64,000 nucleotides of DNA from Nageia nagi (lineage: Eukaryota > Plantae > Pinophyta): contig JBITNC010000001.1 in the NCBI GenBank assembly GCA_050084985.1, positions 115,816,001-115,880,000 of the forward strand, written 5' to 3'. A model generated the notes under the pieces. The model searched no databases. It was not told the origin of the DNA and saw only the letters and a program-made list of their open reading frames with translations. This document shows, one piece after another, positions 1 through 12,912 of the stretch; the stretch's first letter is position 1, and each line of letters starts with the position of its first letter. Both the position numbers and the translations under genes were made by a program.

Positions 1-2290
1 TGGTTAACTTCTAAAGAATGATTAATGGAATATTAACAAGTGGTTTTGATTGAGAAGGAAAATTCATCTTTAGTAAATTATGGTTGTATTCAATATAATT
101 TTAGGTGAATATAATTTTATTGGGGTGCAACAAAATTTTTTTAGTAAATGGGTGTGTGAAATTATGAAGTTTTATTAAAAAATTTAATTATGTTCAGTAA
201 GAAGAGAAATGAGAAGAACTTTTTTGCTACTCATTTAGTGGTATTAGATTGTCAACATTAACCTTTTGAGGTTTAAGAAATTATCTTGCTACTAGATTTA
301 ATAGTATTAAACATAATAGATTACACCCTTTAAAGGTGGGATTTTAAATATGAAATGAAGAAATATTAATTTCGAAGAGAAGATCCTCCTAATTCTATAA
401 AAGGGATGATATACTACATAATGTTTGAAGTGATATAAGCTTTCATTATGATTATAATAACAATTGTATTTTACAATTCTAATTTATGATGAAGAGGAAA
501 CTTATCCTTAATGTCTTTAATGTTATAAAGTATATTTAGAGATTAGCTTGATAAGATGTTTCTCTTTATAAACTACAAGGAATGAGTAAATTCCTCTAAT
601 GTTAAACATGGTTGATAAAAAAGACATACTAGAAATTGGAAATTTAGGTGCTTAGCTAGTTGGTTGATCATTTTGGACTATGGTGAAAAAAGTGTGGATT
701 TTAAATAGATGTCATTAGGGTAGATGAAATAAGAGTAGGATTAATTAATAATGATAATGGAAATAGTTGTTAAATCTTCTTTACAGATGGAAAAGATTAC
801 AATACTATATTATTTATGAGTAGAAGGTGTTTCTAAGTATTTATATTTGATGTAATATCACCTTTGTAAGGAAGCGACCTTGCATGGTGAATGATGTGTG
901 GATATAAAAATTGAGTATGTGATACTTATTTCTTGATATGTTTTGATTATAAAAATAAATAGAGATAATCATATGATTGGATATAATACTTTAATTTATT
1001 TTGATTGTAAAACCTAAGTAATAATCCCCCTTAGTATATTTGACCAAGTTTAATGTTTTTTAGGATGATGAATTCCTTATTGTACTTAAATGATTTTTAA
1101 AATAGTGATTTAAGGCTATAAGTATATGTTTTTATAAACCATTTATGACTAGGTGGAGTTATATATGGTTAAAGTAATCTATTTTAATGATCAAGTAGTT
1201 ATTCATGAAAAGGTTAAAATATTATGTTACCTATATGGCTAAGATGGATGTTCATTGATGATGAAAATGAACCTATGGTTAGAAATCATCCTTATTATTT
1301 ACTTTATATGAATACCTTGGCTATGTAGGCTAAGATGGATGTTCATCTTGCATGTACATGATTTAATTTATATTGGCAATTGTAAAGTGATGTTTAGTGG
1401 ATTTAGAAACACAATGAAAAGTGAACTTGAAATAAGAGATTTGGGTTTAATGAAATATATTCTTGTAATTGAAGTTATCTAATAAGTAGATGGTATCTTT
1501 ATTTCATAAAGCAAATATGAAAGGTACATATTTAAGAGGTTTACCATGGAGAACAATTTAAACCAACAAGTACATCAATTGCAACAAATCTCAAATTGCG
1601 AAAGAAGCATTGTAGCAACAATATAGATTAAACTCTTTACAAAAGATTAGTTGGTAGCCTTATGTATTTAATAACCACTAGATCAAATATTACATATGTA
1701 GTGAGTTTGATTAGTAGATTCATAAAAACATTGAAAAATACTCACTTGTTATGTAGGCAAGAGGATTATATATTATGTTAATGGAACGAAATACAATAAG
1801 ATATTTTATGCAATAACAAATTAAGTTCAACAAGTTGGGTATACAAAAAACTATTGGAGTGGTAATATTGATGTATAGAAAAACACGTTTGGATAAATTT
1901 TCCATCTTGGATAGGGAGTAATTTTATTTTCATCTATAAAATAACTTATTGTTGCACTCTCTACTATTGAAAAGTATATTGCTACCACATTATTACATAT
2001 CAAACAATTCAATTTAGAATAATTTTAGGAAAGTTAAATTATTGATAGGAAAAGGAAACTAAAATAATTTGTGATAACAATTCAACTATAGCATTATTCA
2101 AGGACTTACTATTTCATGGCAAAAGCAAACACATTAATGTTTGATATCATTTCAATAGAGGATTACTGAAAAATAATAAATAACTTTTATTTTACATATT
2201 TCAAAATCTATTTGTACATATTTTTACAAAACCTTTGAAAGATGAAGATTTAAAAAATTAATTTAAAAGGAGATGTTGGAGATTAGTCCA
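1..2290 (+). mobile_element. Degenerate Ty1/copia LTR retrotransposon (integrase-RT-RNase H part), 5' end outside the window
   Basis: Decayed translations: DLGLMKYILVIEV (~1437), LVGSLMYLITTRSNITYVVSLISRF (~1647), VALSTIE (~1951), CDNNSTIALFKDLLFHGKSKHINV*YHF (~2070), FTKPL (~2223). PPT-like AAAAGGAGA at 2265-2273 is followed by TGTTG at 2274. Many stops and frameshifts. Confidence 0.9.
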
Positions 2291-2953
2291 AACTTCACCT
2301 ACTTCTTTTATTACCTTTTTGACAATATTGGTGATACTACCTTATTATTTTGTATGGAGTTGTCAACCAATTGGAGAGAAGCTTCTTCTTGAGGCTTCTT
2401 CATTTTCGTAGGTATGAACCCTACACATGAATGTAATACAAGAAATTTGAAGATATACAAATCGTTTTTCTTTTTATGAATGGGGCAGCTAGTAGAGTGT
2501 TCTCGTTTCTTGCCATCTCTCATTACAAATGCTTTGTTCCAGAATATATGTTGTGTATCTCCTTGTTTGTTGTTTTCTTAATATCCTGCAAGGTGTTGAA
2601 GCTCTTCATCAGTATGCAAAATATCATATTTCTCATCAAACTTGTGCTCATAACTCGTATATTTATAAATTGCTTGCCTGTTTCCACAATTTTTGAGCAC
2701 CAATCCAAGTGTGATATATCATATTGAATAGGTGCTTTTTCCAGAGTTTATTATCAGGTGTGGTATAAGCGGTCATGGTATCAGGTCCTCCCACAAAAAG
2801 GAGCAAGAGAGGAACCCATAATACATACAAAATTCCAATTGGAGATGAATGAAGCATTCCACCAAATGCATAGTTAGCAATGCCATCCACTGACATGTAG
2901 GCTAACCACACTGAGAGGGCAAATTTTAGTCCAAGAGATAGTGTTATGAACAA
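2290..2953 (-). pseudogene. Partial DUF4220-family paralog (N-terminal fragment with an internal deletion)
   Basis: ORF 2663-2953 LSVWLAYMSVDGIANYAFGGMLHSSPIGILYVLWVPLLLLFVGGPDTMTAYTTPDNKLWKKHLFNMIY aligns with the 6120-6698 ORF. It then jumps to IVETGKQ/IYKYTSYEHKFDEKYD, which matches IVQSTQPIYEYMRDEHKLDENCD of the main copy. Confidence 0.85.
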
Positions 2954-3094
2954 CCCTAAGCATTATTCCACCAAATGATTTCCAATATAAAAAAGTACAA
3001 TTATTGAGTGAGTAGTTTTAAAGAAAATAATAGAAAGGATGACGTATTCCTTAAATTTAGTCTGGGCTGCTCGTACTAGACACTAATTCTTCAT

Positions 3095-3300
3095 GAAAGT
3101 AAAGGATTAGACTTATCCTTGAATTCCCTATCAACAGGAAAATGTTTAGAAGACGGATTCTATTTTCCCTTGAGGAGAAGCTTAAGAGCACCTGGGTTCC
3201 ACGTCTTATTCTTCTTTGTGATGACAATAATGTTTCCCCGTGATCAGCATTTTCCTTCACGTCCTATTCTTCATTATGATGATGTTAATTTTTCTGTTTC
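3095..3300. repeat. Diverged duplicate of ~7905-8150 (upstream region of the DUF4220 genes)
   Basis: Shared blocks ATCCTTGAATTCC, TTCCACGYCTTATTCTTCTTTRTGATGAC, GTTTCC.CGTGAT and CTATTCTTC in the same order at both sites. Confidence 0.75.
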
Positions 3301-3316
3301 TGAGTATTAACATTTT

Positions 3317-3732
3317 GATTTATTGCTTACACTACTTATTTTTTTTCTTTAATTAGATAGAATTTACTAGGGGTTATATTGGTATTTCTCATATGATTGT
3401 ATTCACTAATCTTATTGATTGCTATTGGTTATCTGTGGAAATTAATATAATTTCTTTCTTTCTTGTCATTGTCAATCATTGATGGTTTTTGTGAAGAATT
3501 CCTACTACATTTTTATCCATTCTTCATGGATAAAGTTATATTATAGGTTATAATATCATCATTATCTTGAAACATCAAATATCAACAAAATTTTTCCTCT
3601 ATTCTGATTTATTGCTTATACTATTTGTTTTTTTGCTTTCTTAGATTGAACCCACTAAGGATTATATTGGTATCTTGGACATGATTGTATTGACGACTTT
3701 TGATTATCTGTAGACATTAGTATAATTTCTTT
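3317..3732. repeat. ~130-140 bp dispersed direct duplication (3317-3457 and 3605-3732)
   Basis: Both copies read TGATTTATTGCTTA.ACTA...TTATATTGGTAT...ATGATTGTATT.AC...TTATCTGT...TATAATTTCTTT. Confidence 0.8.
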
Positions 3733-4533
3733 CGTCTTTCTTTCTATTCTAAACTAATACAAATAATAATCATAAAACAATTTTATCAGTAAATATACTT
3801 ACACTAAAATATATTCTTATATTAATACTACAATAAATAAAATTTTGTTATTAAAAAATCATATATATGAGTAAAATGTTTTATTATATTCTTCAATTAA
3901 AAACAAACATTGAATTAGGAAGAATACAAAATTCGTATCAATATTTCAAATATCTTTACTTCATTTCTTTAATTCTTCTAAAATTTTCTAAAACCTAATA
4001 AAATATCCAACAAAACTCTTAAATTATAAAAAATATCTTATTATATTATAAAATTTTATAAAAAAAAACCTTTATCTATTTTTAGATCTATATTACTATC
4101 TCATATTACTATCAATAAAAATATTAATATATAATTAATCATATGAATTCAATATGTAACTAACATTCTTATTAATAATCTTTCTATACCTTAGAAAAAG
4201 TTACTATACACTTAATTTCCATTTCATAATTATTTATTATTTTATCAACAAACTTTGCTTTACATTGTAGCAACATATAACTTACAAACCTACATCTAAC
4301 ATACCATACCAGACTTCTCTGTCCTTATCTCCCACCACTTTAGATGAAGGGCCCTGAACGTCTATTTCTCGTCATGGCTTTCGTGAATGAACAGAATAAT
4401 TGAACAACAAATCATAGTAATATGACAGTCTTAGCAGCTTCTTAGATAAAGAAATTTAAAAGGAATAGACATAAGATAACACCGAGAGGGAGTTTAGGTA
4501 TACAAGATGTTTCATGGCAAGAGCCCGTAGATG

Positions 4534-6698
4534 TTACTGTACATTGCAGCGCGATATGCCAATATGACCCAACAGCGTCCAGATATGAGTCAACAGTTCT
4601 CCACCAAAAGTTAGCCGCTCTGTATGGAACTCAAGTTTGTTAAATGCAGCAATGTAAAACGCCGTACAACACCAGTGTTGTGCTAACAGTTTCCACTGAT
4701 CTTCGACCTCTAACTCCTGAAGCTGGCGTGCTATCTTTATGCCACTGTGTAGGTTACTTCCTTTAGGGTCGTCAGGGCACTTGTCAAAGTGGTGTAAAAG
4801 CTCTTGATACTCATCCTGATACATAGAAGCCGCATGATCATTCCTAGCTATATCTGCAATTTGGAAATGGAGCTGCATGTACATAAGCGTTGCAATATCA
4901 GGTTGGAGAGGTAAAATTTTTGGGCAGGAGATCATGAGATAAGCACAAAAGCATGACAATTTCGTGCAGAGACGAATGTTGGTCACATTATCTCCATCAC
5001 AATGTAAAGGCCAATCATCTCTCTAGCAAATGGAGGTGGCTATATTCCAGGAAAGAATTTGAAGCTCCAAGTCACAGTCGACAGCCCATCTCAAGTCTTG
5101 GTAATCTTCTAGATAGGAACGGTCATCGAAATGGAATGTTTTTCTCTTGCATTCCTCAACTTCTACCCCTTCGTATTTGCATTTTAGCCACTGAAACAAT
5201 AATTGCTTCAGTCTATCTTCAATTGGCTCGTGTGTTATGTACGGGTACCCTTACATACGGCTTGTGACATACCAGATTCTTAAAGACATACCAGATTCTT
5301 CAAGTGTCTGCCTTGATGCAAAATTTATATACCCTCCACATGAGAGCGGAAGAAGGGATGCAAGCATCCAGGACACAGCATTGCTGAACCCTGTTCTGCC
5401 AATATTGATTTCTAAGGCAAAGACTCTCTCGAACTATTCGGATCGCCCGCATGAGCATCTTCAAGATCGCGGACAAGAAGCTGTCTGTGCGCCTCGGTCG
5501 ATGGAAAAGGCGGATGTATAAGCAAACCAACCATACTATTGTCCAATCTGATACCATAATTCTGCACAGCTGGAAAACCTCAAGAAGGAATGCTAATGAA
5601 ATCAGAATGTGTGCCACCATCCTTTCTTGTATATGAAGATGAGATTGACCTTCTTTCAGACCTTGACGGTCAGAAACCATGCCACTCCTAACAATATGGC
5701 GTTTAAAAGGCGCATTGGCATTCCCCACCTAGTGGAATACGTGAGAGACTTGGAGAACAACATATCATACATAAATTTTAGTTCTCTCTCCATTAGTTTA
5801 AACGTAATCTCAGGCTTTATATTGATCAGAAATCTCCTCGTCTTTGGCTGTACACTTTGAACTGCTTGCCCTCGTACTCCCACACAACTTGAACGGTGAC
5901 TGCACCTGTCCCGGACAGGGAATCTTTGGACCATTTAAAATCTCCGTGGCTGAACTTGTCAAACCATCGTTCCTCTCCCATAACAAGGAAGTTACATTTT
6001 TCTTCAAATATTTCGGAAGCTTGACTTGAATTTGGGCCTTGAGAATCGCAATTCTCGTCCAACTTATGCTCATCTCTCATGTATTCATAAATTGGTTGAG
6101 TAGACTGCACGATCTTGGACTAGGAAGCCAATCTCAACGCCATGATTATCTCTGCGTATTTGGTAGCTCCTGAAATCAACACAATAATTCCGCTAGCCAA
6201 AAGAAGCCAATGCCCTTTATCTCTCTCCAGTTCGATTGCAGAAAAAATGACATAGCTTGTCACCCCACTCTGATAGATCATATTGAATAGGTGTCTTTTC
6301 CAGAGTTCATTATCAGGTGTGGAATAGGTGGTCATGGTATCTGGCCCTCCCAAATGAAGAAGCAAGAGAGGAGCCCATAATGCATACAAAATTCCAGTTG
6401 GAGATGACTGAAGCATTGTACCAAGTGCATACGTAGCCACGCCATCGGCCGACATGTAGGCTAACCACAATGACAGGGTTAACCATTTTTTTGAACTCTG
6501 AAATCTGGTTGCACCACAAAAAGCAAGACGCAGTTGCAGGGTCATACTGAGTACAACCAGAACGCTAATCAACCAATTATGATTGATTGCTAAGGGGAAA
6601 TCTAACGCCTCACTGCCATATTGATTTTCTTGCTGTTTGGAACTTGTGAAACGCAAGGGGCGCCCCATAGATGCAGAGAACCAATGTAACTCTTGCAA
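4534..6698 (-). pseudogene. DUF4220 + DUF594 domain plant membrane-protein gene, disrupted
   Basis: N-terminus WLAYMSADGVATYALG...LWAPLLLLHLGGPDTMTTYSTPDNELWKRHL (DUF4220). Middle FKLMERELKFMYDMLFSK and IMVSDWTIVWL. C-terminus LQILSWNIATSIC, LSCFCAYLMISCPKILP and HTERLTFGGELLTHIWTLLGHIG (DUF594). In-frame TAG at 6120-6122, frameshifts near 5850 and 5660, further stops near 5300 and 5020. Confidence 0.92.
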
Positions 6699-7904
6699 AT
6701 ATCATACGCTATCATAACAATATATACCATCCATAAGTTGAAGTAAATGAGTGTTTAAAATGTAAAGTTTCCTTCAATGTGAAAGAGCATGGCAGATACA
6801 TGTAAGTCGTGCAAGAGACACAGACACATGGGTCGGTGCAAGTCTTTCATGACTTTTTGTAGAAAATTGAAACAGGTGCGGGTGCATCTTAGGTGTAGGC
6901 AACTTCTTTCAAACATCGTTTTAAATAAGATTGGACCGGATGATTAGCAACTTCCTACAATAATATTTTCCAAGTTTTAGATGATTTGACTTAATACAAA
7001 CAAATGAAATTCTTTACCAACTTTGATGAAATGAAATACAAGTGGAGGATCAAAAGTGCTCAAGCAAACAAAAATAAATACAAAAGAATATAAAATCATG
7101 CACAGATAATTAATATCATTCATAAAATAGATTCTTTCTTATGTTTTCTTAAGATCAGATGATATAAATCAATACTGAAAAAATTATTGATGCTCTAGCA
7201 CTTATCATTTTCCACCAATATCTTTATCATTCTTTGGTCTATCAAAGTTGATGAAATAGGATGTGATAAGCAAAGGTTGTTAAAGGTGAGAGACCAAGAC
7301 TAGAGCTCTTCTACTGCCTAAAATAGATTACTTTTCTAATAGAAAATATAACTTCATGATGATTTCCAATAAAAATGAAACTCATCTTGACATTGACATT
7401 CTTCTGATAACAGCATTTTAGTTGATAGGAGAAAAATTAAGATAACAACTGTTTGACCCATTTAGAATGATTAATAGATGTATCCCATAAAAAACGGAGC
7501 ATATAAAATAAAAATATATACATTTATATGCAAAGTCTAGTAATAGTCTTCGTTGTTTTTGGCAATGATCTCTCTCAAAATCTAATTTTTTTTCTTTTTT
7601 AATCCTAGATTCTTAAAATAAATAATATTATCTAACCAAATTTTAACTATTAATCTGTAAAAAAATTCTTAATATTTCTATTAAGTACAATTTAACAACG
7701 AATAATCGAAATCATTTACTCTCCCAAAAATCGTCGAATTTTTTTATTAATCGCCGCGTTTTAAAACCTATAGCATCCTGTTGTAAGTGTGGTTTAAAAA
7801 AAATATTATTACCCATTGATTATTTACAAAAGAATAGAAATAACAACGTACTTACCAGATACTTGTCCAGCAAGTTTGAAGCACTTAATTACTTCAAAAT
7901 TCGT

Positions 7905-8150
7905 TTGTTATGAAAATGAAGGATTGGACTCGATCCTTGAATTCCATATTACATGGAAATTCTTCAGAACAGATATTCCATTCTTCGTTAACAAGAAGCT
8001 TACAACTTAAGCATCTTGTTTTCCATGCCCTATCTATTCCACGCCTTATTCTTCTTTATGATGACGTTAACGTTTCCGCGTGATGAACATTCTCTTCCAT
8101 CTCAATTCCACACACTATTCTTCTTTACGATGACGATAATGTATCTGCCT
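7905..8150. repeat. Diverged duplicate of 3095-3300; possible upstream minus-strand exon
   Basis: Similar to 3095-3300. A minus-strand donor-like CTG|GTAAGT (plus-strand ACTTAC at 7850-7855) lies just downstream. Confidence 0.6.
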
Positions 8151-11100
8151 CGTTAGAATTTTCTCCATTATCAATAATTGGTGGCTTCAAGGAAGAATTG
8201 GATCAAGTTCTTGGTATATTATGGGTTACGAAAGATGTGAAGGTATCAAAAGTTATATCATAGTTTAGGATATAGTATACTACAGCTTGATATTATTGTT
8301 GTACATTTGATAAGAGTCTAAGCTTGCAATTTTATTTTTTAGCAAGTAATTAATTAATTATTGTATTTTAAAATTTTATATATTTCATGAAATATATATA
8401 TAATACTGTTTATGAAAGATTATTTTATTTTTAATAGTAAAATATTTTTTTGTTCATTTTGATAAAATGTATTTATAGCAAATATAGATTATGAAAGATG
8501 TAAAAGTATATGAATGTTTCACTTAAAGATTATATATAATAGTTTAGCATATTATACAATTGATATAGTCTTACAAATAATAGGACTATCAAATTTACAA
8601 TGTAGAAGTACATAATTAATTATTATAATTTAAAATTTTACATATTTCAAGAAAATATAGAATAATTTTTATTCATTTAAATAAAATAATTTAAATAAAA
8701 TATTTTAATAAAATGTATTGATATTGAGTAGTCAATTAAACTTTAATATTTCCTTAGCACCATTTATTTTTTATAAGCATTACAACCGCAAACATCTTTT
8801 GTTATGTCAAACTTTTTATATAATCTTAGTCATAACCCTCAAATATAACAATCTAAAACTATGCATTGTAAGATGTTAGAATAACTCCAAAGAAAAATGC
8901 ATTGTATTAGATTTGAGATAAGAAAAAATACATCACAAAGTGACTCTACATATTCACCTCTATAGGTGACCTTTGGATTACACATACACTCTTCACACGA
9001 TCTTCCTTATTATTCCTAAAAATCAAGTAAACTTTTATAGCCAAATTTACTAAATATATTAAGTACTACTACTATATTATAAATATCCAAGACTTATGAC
9101 ATAGCCTGAAATTGAAACTCTATTCTATTTGTCCCCATCAAATTTTGAATCTGAATATCCAATCAATTTGAAGTATCTCAACTTAGAATATTTAAGTCCA
9201 AAATCTTGAGTTCCCTTAAAATATCCAAGGATTCTTTTTATTGTTATCCAATGTCCTTCACATGGTTTTTGCAAAAATCAAGAAAAGAGTCCAACCATAA
9301 ATGAAATATATTACCTTGTTATGGTTATATAACTAAGAATTCTTAAATGAGTTATCTGTCTTTTGTAGCATCCTCAAATTGGTTCCCTTTAATTGATTGC
9401 AACTTCAATTGTTATTCCATTGGAGTACAAACAGGTTTGCAATCTTACATGCTAAATATATTCAATGAATCTCTAATGTACTTTCTTTTAAAAAAGAATA
9501 TATATCTTGATGTTTGATTCACTTCAACACCTAAGTAGTACTAAAGATGCCCCATATCGGGTATTTCAAAATCCCTCTTCAATTCTTTTCTCATGGATTC
9601 AATGTATCCTTCATTGTTCCCTATTATCAAAAGAAAATCTATATATCATAAGAAATACAATAGTCTTACCAATTTGTTTTATAAATAAAGTTGCATCATT
9701 AAGATTATAGTGCTCAAAATTGATTTTCAATAGATGCTTAGTAAGATTTTCATGCTAAATGCAAGGAGCTTACTTTAGATCATACAAAGACTTGATGACT
9801 TTGTATATCTTTTTTTTACCTTTCACTATGTATCATGTGCTCACTCTTTTAGATCATCATTTAGGAATTTTATGTTCATATCTATTTGATGAACTTTTAC
9901 CCATACTAAGTTGACATAGTGAACAAAAAAAGAATGGTCCCCCATTTTATTGTAAGAGAAAATGTATCATCATAAATAATACCTTTTTCATGTGTAAAAC
10001 CATTTACCTTCAATGCAAGCCTCACTTTCTATTTATCAAGTGATACATATTTTTTGTACTTATTTTTTATGATCGACTTGTAACCTATTAATTTCATTCC
10101 ATATGGAAGATATACCAACTTCCATGTCCCATTCTTGATGAGAGCAACATATTCTTTCTTCATGGCTTATTTCCACACATCATGATAAACAACTGTTTGA
10201 AGAATTTTTCTCTAAATTGATAGAGAAATGCAACTTATAATCAAAAATATATTCCATATTGTCAACATCATTTTCATCATCTGAATTTGAATCATCTATC
10301 GCTTCATCTTATTTTTTGATTAATAGGAACTTGTAGTTCTCATTTTCCCCGCTTCATCAAGATGAACACTTTTAAGTATTTTAGAGAGCTATGTTTGAAT
10401 CCTTTAATATGATTCAAGTTTTTCAAATGGATGACAAGGTGCAATATTCTCATCAATAACTAACATATCAATTGTTGAAATCACATCATCAATCTGACCT
10501 TCTATTTCTAACTTTGATGAATTGAAATAATCTAGAGGAGGAGTATGTGCTTAAGGTCCTTGCTCTTCAAGAACAAGTGACATAGATTCCAAATTTTGAT
10601 CTAATATAGGAATCCCCTTTAATATTTAAAATCCTATAATCATCTTTAAGACAATTCTCTCCATGGGTAAACTTATTTAGGTGATCAACTTATCACTCAA
10701 TAATCACATCACTCTTTAATTATTCAAGAAATATCAAATCCCTTACAAAGAGGAATTAACTTTTTATCTCGTTATAAAATGTATATATCTTGGTAGTATA
10801 TGACTACCCTAAGAAAATACATTTGGGACTCTTGGTACAAATTTAATTTCTTTATTTCTTAGGAGTCAAGGTATAATAAGTGGAACCAAAAACCTTGAGA
10901 TACCTAACCAAAGGAAGATATAGCCAAACCACATTTCATAAGGAGTCTTTTTATTATCAAGATCATGAGAGGGACATCTATTTTTTATATATTATACAAT
11001 GAACTACATTATCCCAAAATAACAATTCATATTCTTGAAAAATCATATTTAATGGACTATATTTAAAAGTATTTTATTCATCCTTTTTGCCATGCCATTA

Positions 11101-11505
11101 TGTTTGGGTTTTAAGGAACACTAGTTTGATATTTGATTCCATGTTGGAAAATATAGATTTTAATTTTATTTTAAGTATACTCCCTTCATTATGATTACAA
11201 ATTATTCCAATACAAGCATTTTCTTCATTTTCTATGCTAAAATGAGATTCTTTAAATTTTTACATGCTCCACATTTATTCTTCAACAAGTACACCCGACA
11301 CATAATGTTATAGTTATGAATGAAAGTTATGATATATTTATTTCTAGCAGTAGAGGGTACATGAAAATGTTTGGATTAAATCAGAGTGAATGAGTTTAGG
11401 CTTTCTATATACTTTCATTTTGAATCAATGAAATATTGCTTATGGTTCTTACATAAGATACTTGCTTCAAAATGTTCTATATTGTTAGGCATTATAAGAA
11501 AACTT

Positions 11506-12912
11506 CACTATAATAATACATCATAGCATCAGGATGGGCATCAGGGCATGGTGTAATTTATTATTTTTTGTTTAGTTCTTAACACTATGGATGATACTAC
11601 ATGACATGTCAAAATTAGTGTTAGATATAGAGTTAGAGCTAACATCAAAGCTAGCAATAGTTAGCATAAAATATAATTAGAGCTAGTAACAATTAGCGTC
11701 ATATATAATAATAATTAAAGTTAGAGATAGCACCAGAGTTAGTAATAGTTAACATTAGAGCTAGCATCAATTGGCATGAGCTATAGTATCAAAAATTAAA
11801 AAAGAAAATTGTAAATTATATTATATTAAGTTATAAACTCATTCATATCCGTTTTGGGTATATCCTACAAGAATTGTATTTCATCAAACTATGTTTGCAT
11901 CATGTATATTACAAAGTAATTCATGTGACTTCTCTATGCTTCCAAATTTTGCATACATATCTACCAAGATATTCACAAACACAAAAAGTAAAAAAAAATA
12001 AAAAAATCTTTTAAATAGTATTTGTTGTATGTATAACCCTATTGTAAATCTTCCAATTTTGCACATGCTTTAAGGATGATAGAAAGTGAATTAACTTGGT
12101 TCAAATATTATTTATATTTATTGTATTTGGTAAAAAAATGCTAATTCATATATAGGAAATCCATATCTTTTATAACCTAAATTATCATATTCCATGAGAA
12201 TATATCTCTTTCAATCCTATAGTCAAAACTTTGTAGGCATCCACCAAACTTATACAGTTGACATACATGTAGATAAGTTTATTTTGCAAACATTGGTGTT
12301 TTAATGGATTAAATTAAAGTTTGATGTGATCGATGAGTAAAATAAGGAGCTCTTACCTTAAGGTATTTTTGGTAATGCTAGATTGCAAGAGTTGGAGATA
12401 TATTGAAGAGCATATAGAGGACTGTGTATGTGTATTTGTAACCAATATATTCATTATGTACTTCAACCATCCCTCTAATAAAGTTGAGTGAGAGATATAT
12501 TCATATCATGTTGGTGTGGAAGTGATGAGATTACATGATTGTGAAACCAAAAGACCATGGCCTTTGATTCATGTGATGATTCGATTGTTCATATGTATTT
12601 TGTGATAATCCATATGATGATTCATATATTTCTAAGGTTTCCAAATGCTATAAATGAATTCTTTAGTATTAGAGCAAGCTTCAGAGCTATCCATAGTTTA
12701 CACTAGCTAGTGTTAGAGATAGAATCAAAGTTAGCATCAGAGCTAGTATCAAAGCTAGTAATATTTAGCATTATTTATAGTAATAGTTGGCATTAGAGAT
12801 AGTGTCATAATGTAAAAAATATATATTTTTATGTAATATATCTCTTCTTATCACTAATAACATTAAAATATTTTTTCCATTAATTTTGATGCTACAATAG
12901 GTTATTATAGTT
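11506..12912. mobile_element. Non-autonomous CACTA-type DNA transposon (Pack-CACTA) carrying a PPR fragment
   Basis: Left end CACTATAATAATACATCATAGCATCA. The reverse complement of the right end is AACTATAATAACCTATTGTAGCATCA (20/26 match). Subterminal AGAGCTAGCATC-like short repeats at 11620-11790 and 12665-12800. The flanks rejoin into a continuous Copia frame. Confidence 0.75.
11860..12430 (-). pseudogene. Captured PLS-class pentatricopeptide-repeat (PPR) gene fragment
   Basis: SSIYLQLLQSSITKN (~12365-12410), KLIYMYVNCISLVDAYKV...ERDIFSWNMII (~12180-12280), NILVDMYAKFGSIEKSHELLCNIHDANIV (11884-11975). These are typical PLS-PPR motifs, now frameshifted. Confidence 0.85.

Noticed and set aside
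4953-5860. Plus-strand ORFs of 61-104 aa
   Set aside because: They are antisense shadows of the DUF4220/DUF594 coding sequence.
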